Shown: in pieces, positions 44,185-53,588 of the stretch
How the letters are laid out: each line of letters starts with the position of its first letter
How positions within the stretch are numbered: position 1 is the first letter of the stretch
Assembly (NCBI GenBank): GCA_034408725.1
Contig: JAWXCN010000098.1
Span: 14,996 to 78,995 of the forward strand
Source of the DNA: Candidatus Hydrogenedentota bacterium
GTDB taxonomy: Bacteria; Hydrogenedentota; Hydrogenedentia; Hydrogenedentales; SLHB01
Direction: 5' to 3'
DNA length: 64,000 bases
Notes under the pieces: generated by a model
Seen by the model: only the letters and a program-made list of their open reading frames with translations
The model's database searches: none
What the model was told of the DNA's origin: nothing
Translations under genes and position numbers: made by a program

Positions 44185-44307
44185 CCTTGGAGTGCGGTAG
44201 CGGGCAGCTACCGCTTTGGCTTCATGCGCGCCGCGGAACTTTCCAATAGTCGAAGCATTTGGCTATCCGAAGTGAAAGCGGTAGCTGCCCGCTACCGCAC
44301 TCCAAGG
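44185..44307. repeat. Family F: perfect 33-bp inverted repeat with a 57-nt loop
   Basis: 44185-44217 CCTTGGAGTGCGGTAGCGGGCAGCTACCGCTTT is the exact reverse complement of 44275-44307. Each arm contains its own hairpin, GCGGTAGC-gggca-GCTACCGC. Confidence 0.9.
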
Positions 44308-44407
44308 CCGCTTCGCTTAGTGGTCACTCCGACGCGATGATACGACTTTGTCCTACAAATCGAGCCGGTGCTTAACCGGTAGTATCTATACTAACAGGAG
44401 GCAGTTT

Positions 44408-45049
44408 ATGTTATGTAACGCAACACGGGTTGTTCGTTCTATTCGCAGTGTACCCGTCGTAATTGCCATGGCTCTGGCATTGGCAACGGCCTGCACGCCG
44501 GACGGCAACCTGATTGTCGGGCCGGTCCGTATTACTGCGAATATCGGCGAAGCCAGTTTCGCGGAAACCTTGTTCGGCCTTAAAGGCGCTACTATTACGC
44601 ACCGGCAGGAGTTTTGCGATATGCCGACCGAAGAGGAATTGTCGGAGCAGTTGCAGGGCGAGGGCTCGTTCGATATTACCCGGTTTATCCGGCCTAACAG
44701 ACTCGAACTCGTCGAAACGACGATCACCGCCACCAGCGGAAACTTTGATTTCCTTACCGGGATGACCGTACGGTATATTCCTAGGCCCGGTGCGGGGCCT
44801 ACCGTCGTCCTTGGGACGGCAAGCGCGTCCGGCGGTTTTGGGACGGAGATAGTTCTGGTACCCGAAGACGGAGTGGATTTTCTGGAACTGATTCGCGCGA
44901 ACGACGAAAGCCAATCGGATCAATGTTCTAAGATCGAGTACCAGATGACATTCCAGTCGGTGCCTCTGCAGGATGTCGAGTACCGATTGGATATCACGGT
45001 GGATGGGTATGTTGAACTGGGACCGGAAAAATCTTTTTCGGTTTCATAA
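44408..45049 (+). CDS. Hypothetical lipoprotein
   Basis: AGGAGG RBS. Signal with lipobox LALATAC. No recognisable domain. Confidence 0.55.
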   Translation: MLCNATRVVRSIRSVPVVIAMALALATACTPDGNLIVGPVRITANIGEASFAETLFGLKGATITHRQEFCDMPTEEELSEQLQGEGSFDITRFIRPNRLELVETTITATSGNFDFLTGMTVRYIPRPGAGPTVVLGTASASGGFGTEIVLVPEDGVDFLELIRANDESQSDQCSKIEYQMTFQSVPLQDVEYRLDITVDGYVELGPEKSFSVS

Positions 45050-45120
45050 TAGGTTGCGGGATACACGCCGATTCAGTTGAGGCATAACGCCTGGGCAGTC
45101 GGTGAGGAAAGGGAAGAGAC

Positions 45121-45330
45121 ATGGGAAAGTTTACTGCATTTATGGCCGCGTTGCTGATTATGTTCGGCGCCGCGGCGGTTTCCGGCTGCGAAAAGAAGGC
45201 GGACACGCCTAGCGAAGCGATTTCAGAGGTTGCAGACGAGGTGAAAGATGCCGCGAAAGAAGCAGCAGATGAAACCGTGGATGCGACGAAAGAAGCAGCC
45301 GACGAAGTAAAAGAATCCATCGGTCAGTAA
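45121..45330 (+). CDS. Small secreted lipoprotein with KEAADE repeats
   Basis: Signal/lipobox AAAVSGC. Acidic helical repeats (VKDAAKEAADETVDATKEAADEVKES). Followed by a clear terminator. Confidence 0.6.
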   Translation: MGKFTAFMAALLIMFGAAAVSGCEKKADTPSEAISEVADEVKDAAKEAADETVDATKEAADEVKESIGQ

Positions 45331-45354
45331 TATTTGCCGTAAGTTTTTTTGGCA

Positions 45355-45388
45355 TCCCGCCGCCAACAGCGGCGGGATTGCCTTTTCT
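45355..45388 (+). terminator. Rho-independent terminator
   Basis: ATCCCGCCG-ccaacag-CGGCGGGAT followed by TGCCTTTTCT. Confidence 0.7.
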
Positions 45389-45447
45389 GTGCGGCAGTGC
45401 AGCCAATCGCCTTTTTTTTGTAAGCGTGCGCGGGACGGCCCGCCAGC

Positions 45448-46950
45448 TTATCTGAGCAGTTTGCGGCCTTCCGTGCCTTTGATGCCGGTGGTGACGCGAA
45501 TAAAGGCTTCTTCATCCGCGCAGGCCGATATGGCTTCCTCGCGCGTGACGAGTCCCTTCCTGAAGAGTTCGACGGCGTATTGGTCGAAGCTCTTCATTTC
45601 GCTATCGACCTCGATGATATTATAGAGGCGCTGGATGTCGCCTTCGAGGATCGCATCGCGGACCATGGGCAGATTGCACAACAACAGTTCGATGCACGGA
45701 ATCCGGCCACCACCCGTGCGCTTGAGAAGACGCTGGCAGCATACGCCTTTAAGCGTGTACGCGAGTTCCTGGCGGATGACGTCACGTTCGTCGTGTGGGA
45801 AATAACTGATGATGCGGTTGACGGTGTCCACCGCGGTCATGGTGTGCAAGGTACTGAAGACGAGGTGGCCGGTGGATGCCGCGCTGATCGCCGCGCGGAT
45901 GGTCTCGCGGTCCCGCATTTCGCCGACGAGAATCGTGTCGGGGTCTTCGCGGAGCGCGCCGCGCAACGCGTTTGCGAACGAAAACGTATCACGCCCGATC
46001 TGCCGTTGCGAGATAATGCTTTTTTTGTCCGCATAGACAAATTCGATCGGGTCTTCGATGGTGATGATGTGGGCGTGCCGGTTTTCGTTGATGTAGTCCA
46101 CGAGCGATGCGAGCGTGGTTGATTTGCCGCTACCGGTTACTCCGCAGACGAGGAAGAGGCCGCGATGGGCGTCCGCGACCGCGCGGATCGTGTTTGGCAG
46201 GTTCAATTTGTCGAAGGGAAACGGGGACTCGGGAATGAAACGGACGGCCAGGGCCATCGCGCCCATCTTGATGTAACCGCTGCATCTTAAATATGCGATG
46301 CCGGCGAGATGGTATTGAAAGCTGCTCTCTTTTTCCGTCTCGAGGATATCGACCTGCTGCTGGCCGCCGAGTTGATAAACGATTTCGCGCATGTCCTCGG
46401 CACTGAGCGGAGGATAATCGAGCGGTTTAAGGTCGCCATCGATGCGCATATACGGCGGCGTGCCGGCGCGAAGGTGGATGTCGGAACCCTGACTCTCGGT
46501 CAACTGTTCGATGAGCAGGTTGATGTTAAAATCAAGCTTGCGAAATGATTGGATACTGACGTGCCACGATTGCGAGCGGATGGATTGAGCTGCGAAATCG
46601 CACACGATTTTGTCGATGGGCGCGAGTACCGGAAGTTGAGGCCAGTCAAACGCGGGCAACGTCAGCGAGCATTTCCCGTCGAGCACGCGGAACTGGTTCG
46701 GAATCCGGGTCTCTTCCAAACGCGCGCGAATCTCATCCGGGTTGAACTGTTCCTTTACCGGAAAATCGACGCGCAGGTATTCGACCCGCTTGCCAAAATC
46801 CGAGGACTTGGCGATGATGGTAGCGCGGTCCGCCGTTAGGGAGAGTTCGGTGGGCAGACCCATCTTGCGGACGACTTCATGAACACCGGTCTTGAATATT
46901 TCAAAAATGGTATTGCGCGAATTCGTGCCAATTACCATGGCGCCAGACAT
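45448..46950 (-). CDS. PilT-family hexameric secretion ATPase with ~150-aa N-terminal extension
   Basis: PilT core starts near residue 153 (SDIHLRAGTPPYMRIDGDL). Walker A GVTGSGKSTT. Asp box IITIEDPIEF. Walker B PDTILVGEMRD. His box GHLVFSTLHT. The N-terminal 150 aa are unrecognised. Confidence 0.85.
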   Translation of the reverse strand: MSGAMVIGTNSRNTIFEIFKTGVHEVVRKMGLPTELSLTADRATIIAKSSDFGKRVEYLRVDFPVKEQFNPDEIRARLEETRIPNQFRVLDGKCSLTLPAFDWPQLPVLAPIDKIVCDFAAQSIRSQSWHVSIQSFRKLDFNINLLIEQLTESQGSDIHLRAGTPPYMRIDGDLKPLDYPPLSAEDMREIVYQLGGQQQVDILETEKESSFQYHLAGIAYLRCSGYIKMGAMALAVRFIPESPFPFDKLNLPNTIRAVADAHRGLFLVCGVTGSGKSTTLASLVDYINENRHAHIITIEDPIEFVYADKKSIISQRQIGRDTFSFANALRGALREDPDTILVGEMRDRETIRAAISAASTGHLVFSTLHTMTAVDTVNRIISYFPHDERDVIRQELAYTLKGVCCQRLLKRTGGGRIPCIELLLCNLPMVRDAILEGDIQRLYNIIEVDSEMKSFDQYAVELFRKGLVTREEAISACADEEAFIRVTTGIKGTEGRKLLR

Positions 46951-47127
46951 GACAAACTACTCCATACAGCATCAGCCAAAGGGGTTTCCGGGAGAGGGCG
47001 GAGTCTAGCACGCGGTTGCGGGGGAGTCAACGCGGCGGAACACGTTTCCTATCCGAAAGAACGAGTTGCGGTCCATCTTGCCGGCGGGTATGCTGGCGTG
47101 GCAATCAACACCGGGAGCAAACGCATC

Positions 47128-47265
47128 ATGTGGTCGTACTATCTCTATATGGGCTTGTTGATCACGACGCTCCTTTTATGGGGAATCGTGGCCATGAAGG
47201 ATGATGGATACGAAGAAGAGCAGAAGAAAGTCGATGACAACGCCTCGAAACCGGGGGAAGGGTAG
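47128..47265 (+). CDS. Possible 45-aa single-TM protein
   Basis: MWSYYLYMGLLITTLLLWGIVAM plus an acidic tail. GGGAG about 11 nt upstream. Followed by the hairpin repeat at 47286-47323. The call is weak. Confidence 0.3.
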   Translation: MWSYYLYMGLLITTLLLWGIVAMKDDGYEEEQKKVDDNASKPGEG

Positions 47266-47285
47266 CGCATTGCGCCGATAGAGCC

Positions 47286-47323
47286 AAAGCGGTAGCGCCG
47301 TCCGAAGCGGACTTTGCTACCGC
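47286..47323. repeat. Family F-related nested hairpin
   Basis: AAAGCGGTAGCgccGTCCGaagCGGACtttGCTACCGC. It shares the AAAGCGGTAGC core with 44275-44307. Confidence 0.75.
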
Positions 47324-47370
47324 GTTCCATATGGCGCTCGGTTTCTCTTCGCGCCGTCAACGTAGAAAAT

Positions 47371-47730
47371 TTAGTCTTCGCCGGGGGATTTATTGGCTCC
47401 GAGAGAGCGCAGGAAGGCATCGATATTGATGTCCGATTCAGGGGCGCCCTGTTCTGGATGGAAGCGCAGTGGATTGCGAATGTAGGCGCGCTGGCAGGTA
47501 GGGCACAGGTCCAGCGAAAAATTTTTGTAGACGGTTTCTTCGATTTCGCGCGGGTCTTTATTGCGCATCTGTTCGATAAGTTTGATCATTTCCGCGCGAT
47601 GGTTCTTCACGAGGTCGGCAAGTCCGATCTCCAGTTCATCATAGGCGGCGCGCACATCAACTTTTACGCGGTAGCGCAATTGCCCCTTCTTCATCTCGCG
47701 TCCGCACCCGTCGCACCGATGTACCAGCAT
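47371..47730 (-). CDS. Zinc-ribbon protein (hypothetical); start uncertain (47730, 47748 or 47769)
   Basis: CDGCGREM ... CPTCQRAY form a split 4-Cys ribbon around a helical segment. No family recognised. Confidence 0.45.
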   Translation of the reverse strand: MLVHRCDGCGREMKKGQLRYRVKVDVRAAYDELEIGLADLVKNHRAEMIKLIEQMRNKDPREIEETVYKNFSLDLCPTCQRAYIRNPLRFHPEQGAPESDINIDAFLRSLGANKSPGED

Positions 47731-47948
47731 GCACCTGCCCTTTCGCATCCGTTGGAGTAAGTATACCATCCCTCGCACGGTATTGCCGGTGTCCCGTACT
47801 ACTAGGGTGAGATTGAGCGGCAGGGAATGATCGTGTATTGTAGCCACGTTTATTCTTGCATAACGGTGTAGACCAGAAATGCGGGAGTCAGACCCCGCGT
47901 TTTTTACGCGGATGGGCCAATGTGTTGCCCTGAACAGGAGATTTTGCG

Positions 47949-48269
47949 ATGAGTACCGCTGAGAATGTTACGAAAGACAACTTCGACACTACGGTTGGAA
48001 GCGGCGTGACGCTGGTGGACTTTTGGGCCGAATGGTGCGGCCCGTGCCGAATGATGGGGCCGGTGCTCGATCAGTTGGCGCAGGAATACACAGGCAAGGC
48101 GAAAGTCGTCAAGGTCAACGTCGATAACGAGCAAGACCTCGCGATTCGATTTGATATTTCGAGCATCCCCGCGCTCATCGTGTTCAAAGATGGGCAGGTG
48201 AAGAAGCGTTTTGTCGGCGTGACCGCGAAAGGCGAATTGGCATCCGCGCTGGATGGCGCATCGTCATAA
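47949..48269 (+). CDS. trxA: Thioredoxin
   Basis: VDFWAEWCGPCRM active site. 106 aa. AGGAG RBS. Confidence 0.95.
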   Translation: MSTAENVTKDNFDTTVGSGVTLVDFWAEWCGPCRMMGPVLDQLAQEYTGKAKVVKVNVDNEQDLAIRFDISSIPALIVFKDGQVKKRFVGVTAKGELASALDGASS

Positions 48270-48378
48270 CGGCGGGCCGCCGGATAAGTATGCATACCGG
48301 CGGGCAGTTGCAAGGGTGCGTCGCGCTTGTTGAAGCATGCGGCGGGACACCGCGGCCAGTTAGAGAGGAAAAGGTTTA

Positions 48379-49383
48379 ATGACCCCGAAGACAGTAGCAG
48401 TGGCGGGCGCAACGGGCCTCGTAGGCCGCGAAATGATGCGCGTGCTCGAGGCGCGCGATTTTCCGGTCAAGTCAATCAAACTTTTGGCGTCTGCACGGTC
48501 CAAAGGCGCAAAACTGCTGTTCAAGGGCGAGGAACTTCCCGTCGAGGAGCTTACCGAAAGCTCATTCAAGGGCATTGAGATCGCGCTGTTCAGTGCGGGA
48601 GGCGGCACGAGTAAAAGGTTCTCGCCCTTTGCCACGAAGGACGGCTGCGTCGTTGTGGACAATTCGAGCGCGTGGCGCATGGATGAAAAGGTGCCGCTGG
48701 TCGTGCCGGAAGTAAACGCCGGCGATATTTCCTGGCATCAGGGCATTATCGCGAACCCGAACTGTTCAACGATTCAGATGGTCGTCGTATTGAAGCCGCT
48801 GCACGACGCGGCGAAAGTCGAACGGGTAATCGTTTCGACGTACCAGGCGGTTTCCGGCGCGGGGATTAAAGCCCTTGATGAATTGATGGAACAAACGCAG
48901 GCCGTACTCGAGGGCCGCAAGCCGGAAGTAAGATTGTTTCCGCACCAGATCGCGTTCAACTGCGTCCCGCAGATACCCCAGGGCGACGCTTTCGCCGATA
49001 ATGGCTATACCACCGAAGAAATGAAGATGGTGAACGAGACCAAGAAAATCATGGGGGATGCGAATATCCTCGTGTGCGCGACCACAGTGCGCGTGCCCGT
49101 GTATACCGGCCATAGCGAATCGGTGAACATCGAGACAGCGCGCAAATTGACGGCGGACGAGGCGCGGGCAATTCTCGCGAAGGCGCCCGGCGTGGTGGTG
49201 CAGGATGATCCCGCCAACCAACTCTATCCGTTGGCCTGCAATGCGGCGGGCAAGGGCGACACGTTCGTGGGCCGCATCCGGGAAGACCTGTCGCATCCGC
49301 GCGGGTTGGCAATGTGGATTGTGTCCGACAACCTCTTGAAGGGCGCGGCGCTGAACGCTGTGCAGATAGCGGAGCGGTTGTAA
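48379..49383 (+). CDS. asd: Aspartate-semialdehyde dehydrogenase
   Basis: VAVAGATGLVGREM Rossmann fold. IANPNCSTIQM catalytic Cys. VRVPVYTGHSESV catalytic His. 334 aa. Confidence 0.93.
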   Translation: MTPKTVAVAGATGLVGREMMRVLEARDFPVKSIKLLASARSKGAKLLFKGEELPVEELTESSFKGIEIALFSAGGGTSKRFSPFATKDGCVVVDNSSAWRMDEKVPLVVPEVNAGDISWHQGIIANPNCSTIQMVVVLKPLHDAAKVERVIVSTYQAVSGAGIKALDELMEQTQAVLEGRKPEVRLFPHQIAFNCVPQIPQGDAFADNGYTTEEMKMVNETKKIMGDANILVCATTVRVPVYTGHSESVNIETARKLTADEARAILAKAPGVVVQDDPANQLYPLACNAAGKGDTFVGRIREDLSHPRGLAMWIVSDNLLKGAALNAVQIAERL

Positions 49384-49622
49384 CGCCCCGGCTAATTCCC
49401 CTTCTCTTTGTGGCTGACACCGGAACTTTTTTAGTATTTCGGGGTTTCAGTTTCCAGAGCGGCTCTCAGTATAGCGCCTCGGCATCGCCGCCGGGGAATA
49501 TTTCGGCTTTCGTTAAGGCTTGCTAAATAAAGACTTAGCGAAATTGCCTGTTTTAACGTGATCGTCAACCATCGGCAGCGGTCATTCGTAGTGTAGTTAG
49601 GGATTGGTCGCTTCGTTTCGGC

Positions 49623-51563
49623 ATGCAGTATAACCACAGCAAATATCACGCGACTGCCTTGGCGCTGGCTATTTGCCTCGGCCTTGGATGTTCCACCACC
49701 CATTACCGCGAAAAAGCGGACAGTGAAGTGTATTCGATCATCGAGCAGAAATCTCCCGCGGTTGCCGGATTGCCGAAGAATTTCACCATCGAGCAAGACC
49801 CCACGGATCCGCTGGAAGGCTTGGAGGCGGGGGGAGAGTCCGCTGACTTTCTCGGCGAGGCCGCGCAGACGGAAGTCGGCGCGCAGGTGCTGTCACTCGA
49901 GGATTGCTTGCGCATCGCCGTGACGCACAGCCGGACCTATCAAACCCAGAAGGAACTGTTGTACCTTCAGGCGCTAGGGTTGACCCTGGATCGCCACCAG
50001 TTTACCCCTATTTTTGCCGCCTCGGGTTCGGCGCAGTACAACCGCTCGACGTCGGACATCCTAAAGCTAAACGAGTTGGGCCGGGTCACGACGCAAATTC
50101 CGGGGCTTGTTGATCAATCCGGGGTTATCAGCAGCCAGATTCTCGGGTTGGCCCCTGACACTTCGACGCTCTTGCAGCGGCTCGGTGTGCCAGCCAATGC
50201 GGAGTCCATAGCCGCACTGGCCGCGGTCGGCGCGCTCGCGGGCACCCCATCGCAGATTCTCAATGACTATGCAAATGTCGTGGAAGAAGCGTTCACGGTT
50301 GCGGGTGTCAACCAGCCCAGGAACGAGATACGCAATGAACGCGACGTTACGGGTGATGCTAACGTAGGTGTAAGCCTTTTACTGAAAGGCGGCGCTCGCA
50401 TTGCCATCGGTCTTACCTCTAACTTCCTTCGCTTTATCACCGGCGACCCAACGGTACAAAGCTCGTCTGCGCTTGTGGCCAGTATTACCCAACCGCTGCT
50501 GCGAGGACGGGGCCGGGACGTGAACGCGGAGTTTCTCACGCAGGCCGAGCGCGACGTGCTCTATCAACTCCGGTCCTTTCAACGATTCCGGCAAGAGTTC
50601 GCCGTGCAAGTGGCCACGGGCTACTATAGCGTGCTTCAAGCGCGAGATGCGGTAAACAACAACTATCAGGGGTACCTGGCGTTTCAGCGGTCCGCGGAAC
50701 GCGAGCAGGCCCTAGCGGACGAAGGCAGGACGACCCAAACGGAACTGGGCCGTATCCAGCAATCGCTGTTGAACGCCGAGAACAGTTGGGTGGATGCGGT
50801 GCGCAATTACAAGCAGGCGTTGGATCAATACAAGATTCTGCTCGGACTATCGACCGACGCGAGCGTGATCCTCGACGACGCGGAGTTGCGGCTGCTTGAA
50901 GAACGCGGGCTGTTGCATCCCGAAATTGCATCCGATGATGCCGTTGCCGTGGCTTTGGCGGCGCGGCTGGACCTCTATAATACGCGGGACTCGAAAGACG
51001 ATTCGCAGCGGAAGATAAAAGTCGCCGCGAACGCGTTGAAACCCGATCTCGATCTGGTGATTGCCGCGAACGTCGACAGTGTGCCGGGAGAGAACACGTT
51101 CGACGAACTGGATTTTCAGCGGGCGCGCTGGAGCGCGGGGTTTGACGTGGACCTTGGGTTGGACCGCAAAGCCGAGCGCAATTCGTATCGCACGGCGTTG
51201 ATTACGTTTGACAGGTCCATTCGTGAGCTCAGCCTCGCGGAGGATAATGTTAAACTGGATGTGCGCGAATCCTGGCGAAATCTCGATCAGGCCCAACGGA
51301 ACTATGATAACCGCAAGTTGGCCCTCGAACTGGCGGCGCGGCGCGTTGAGGAGCAAACGCTACGCGCGGAGATTGGCATTGCGCTTGCCCTGGACCAGAT
51401 CGATGCGCAGAACGATCTGATTAGCGCCCAGAACGAATTGACGGACGCCATCGTCCGGCACACCATTTCCCGCCTCGAATTTTGGCGGGACATGGGTATC
51501 TTGTATATTAAAGAGGACGGACAGTGGGAGGAAGTGAACGATGTCGCAACCAGTCCTCAGTAA
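49623..51563 (+). CDS. TolC/NodT-family outer-membrane efflux lipoprotein (long form, 646 aa)
   Basis: Lipobox ICLGLGC. Two OEP repeats (LSLEDCLRIAVTHSRTYQ..., RNYDNRKLALELAARRVEEQ...). Confidence 0.8.
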   Translation: MQYNHSKYHATALALAICLGLGCSTTHYREKADSEVYSIIEQKSPAVAGLPKNFTIEQDPTDPLEGLEAGGESADFLGEAAQTEVGAQVLSLEDCLRIAVTHSRTYQTQKELLYLQALGLTLDRHQFTPIFAASGSAQYNRSTSDILKLNELGRVTTQIPGLVDQSGVISSQILGLAPDTSTLLQRLGVPANAESIAALAAVGALAGTPSQILNDYANVVEEAFTVAGVNQPRNEIRNERDVTGDANVGVSLLLKGGARIAIGLTSNFLRFITGDPTVQSSSALVASITQPLLRGRGRDVNAEFLTQAERDVLYQLRSFQRFRQEFAVQVATGYYSVLQARDAVNNNYQGYLAFQRSAEREQALADEGRTTQTELGRIQQSLLNAENSWVDAVRNYKQALDQYKILLGLSTDASVILDDAELRLLEERGLLHPEIASDDAVAVALAARLDLYNTRDSKDDSQRKIKVAANALKPDLDLVIAANVDSVPGENTFDELDFQRARWSAGFDVDLGLDRKAERNSYRTALITFDRSIRELSLAEDNVKLDVRESWRNLDQAQRNYDNRKLALELAARRVEEQTLRAEIGIALALDQIDAQNDLISAQNELTDAIVRHTISRLEFWRDMGILYIKEDGQWEEVNDVATSPQ

Positions 51564-53577
51564 CGGATCACGCCTGCAACGCCTGTGGCGCGCGCGGTGG
51601 GCAAAAGTCCTCGCCGGCGTTGCGGTGGCGGTCCTTATCTACGTGTTCATGGGTGGGCAAAAACAGGAGACCTCCACCGGAACACTGTTTGCCGCAAAGC
51701 GCGGCAACCTGACGATCAACGTGCTCGAGGGCGGAAGTGTCGAGGCGCGCGAATCGCAAACCATCAAGTCTGAAATCAAGGGCGAAACCAAAATTCTGAG
51801 TATCGTCGATGAGGGGTACCTGGTTACTCCGGAAGACGTGGCGCAAAAGAAAGTGCTGGTCACGCTGGACAATTCGGAGTTGATCGAGAAGATTACGCAA
51901 GAGACCATTCAGTTCGAGGGCGCCCGGGCGGACTTCGCGGAATCCTCGGCGCAATTCGAGATCACGATCAAACAAAACGAGAGCGATATCAAGAAGTCGG
52001 AGCTGGACGCGAAATTCGCGTTGATGGATTTTCAGAAATATCTTGGGGGCGAAATCGCCGAACAAATCCTGAAACAGCGTGGTATCAGCGATGACATCAA
52101 CGCCGTGAGCGATCAAATCCGCAAGGAAGTCGAAGAGAGCGCGATCATCCCGGAGAACGAGACGACGGAGGAGCCGGCCGCGCCGGCCCCATTGGACGAT
52201 CAAAACGGGCAGGACGCGCGACCCGCCGAGCGCGGCGAACAACGGGAAGGTACGGGAGGACGCCGCCGGCGTGAAGGCGGTGGAGAACGGGGAGCCGCGC
52301 GGACGCAGACCTCGAAGTTGGAGAGTGCAGCCTCGACAGTCGATACGAGCGAAGACACAACCCTTGGCGGCGACATTTCCGAGGAGGCGGCGCAACCCGT
52401 TACGGAAATGGCGACGGTTTCGATTTCATCGGTAATCACGCCGGAACAAAAGCCGGAGATTGATTTCAGCAAGTTCGCCAAACCGGAAGCGCTGGGGGAC
52501 GGCGCCGCACAACAGCAATTGCGCAAACTTAACAGCGATCGGCTGCTGGCGGAAGGCGATCTGGGCCTCGCCGAAACAAAGCTTGTTGGAACACGAAAAC
52601 TTGCGGAGCGGAATTTCGTAACGAAACAGGAACTCGACAATGACGAGATGGACGTCAAGAAGGGCACGGTAAGCCGTGATTCGGCGCTAACGTCGGAAGA
52701 ACTGTTCGTTAAATACGAGTTTCCCAAAGAAGCCGAACGCCTCTTGTCGGCGTATGAAGAAGCGATTCGCGCGATGGAACGGACCATGAAACAGGCCGTC
52801 GCGAAGCAGGCGCAGGCCGAAGCGCGAAAAAGGTCGAGCGAAGCCAGTTATGCGTTGCGCACCGAACGGCACAAAGAACTGAAGGACCAACTTGACGCCT
52901 GCACGCTCGTGGCGGAGCGGCCTGGCCTCGTAGTGTATGCCGGCAGCGATGAGCCTTGGCGCAATAGAGAACAGATAGCGGAAGGCGCGACTGTCGATGA
53001 GCGGCAGGAAATCATTACGATTCCGGACATGACACAGATGGCCGTCCGCGTGAAGATTCATGAATCCAATATCAAAAGGATTCAGGTAGGGCATAAAGCA
53101 AGGATCAAGCTGGATTCATACCCCGACGAAGAATTGACGGGCGAGGTCATCAAGATGTCCGTGATACCCGATTCCAGTTCGCGATGGATGAATCCCGACA
53201 TGAAATTATATCCGGCCACTGTCGCAATAAACGGAACACACGGTTGGCTCAAACCCGGCATGAGCGCGGAAGTCGAGATTCTCGTACAGGAACTCGACGA
53301 CGTCGTGTACGTGCCGATCCAGGCGGTACACCCGAAATCGGGCCATCGCGTGGCCTATGTGGGCGATGCTTTTGGTGGCCAGGAAGAACGCACTGTCGAG
53401 ACCGGTGAGTTTAACAGCGAATTTATCGAGATCAAATCGGGCCTCGAGGAAGGCGACCGCGTAATGTTGCGCGCGCCAGACCGGAAACCCGGCGACGACG
53501 AGAAAACGGACGAGACCAAACCGGATGAGGGCGCGCAACAGCCGCCGGGCGACAGTAGTCCGCAGCAGGCAGCGTAG
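51541..53577 (+). CDS. MacA/HlyD-family periplasmic adaptor with a long low-complexity insertion
   Basis: N-terminal TM helix. Coiled-coil hairpin. C-terminal beta-barrel/MP domain blocks (VRVKIHESNIKRIQVGHKARIKLDSYPDEELTGEV, GMSAEVEILV). The start overlaps the TolC gene by 23 nt. Confidence 0.8.
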   Translation: MSQPVLSNGSRLQRLWRARWAKVLAGVAVAVLIYVFMGGQKQETSTGTLFAAKRGNLTINVLEGGSVEARESQTIKSEIKGETKILSIVDEGYLVTPEDVAQKKVLVTLDNSELIEKITQETIQFEGARADFAESSAQFEITIKQNESDIKKSELDAKFALMDFQKYLGGEIAEQILKQRGISDDINAVSDQIRKEVEESAIIPENETTEEPAAPAPLDDQNGQDARPAERGEQREGTGGRRRREGGGERGAARTQTSKLESAASTVDTSEDTTLGGDISEEAAQPVTEMATVSISSVITPEQKPEIDFSKFAKPEALGDGAAQQQLRKLNSDRLLAEGDLGLAETKLVGTRKLAERNFVTKQELDNDEMDVKKGTVSRDSALTSEELFVKYEFPKEAERLLSAYEEAIRAMERTMKQAVAKQAQAEARKRSSEASYALRTERHKELKDQLDACTLVAERPGLVVYAGSDEPWRNREQIAEGATVDERQEIITIPDMTQMAVRVKIHESNIKRIQVGHKARIKLDSYPDEELTGEVIKMSVIPDSSSRWMNPDMKLYPATVAINGTHGWLKPGMSAEVEILVQELDDVVYVPIQAVHPKSGHRVAYVGDAFGGQEERTVETGEFNSEFIEIKSGLEEGDRVMLRAPDRKPGDDEKTDETKPDEGAQQPPGDSSPQQAA

Positions 53578-53588
53578 CGGAACATATA

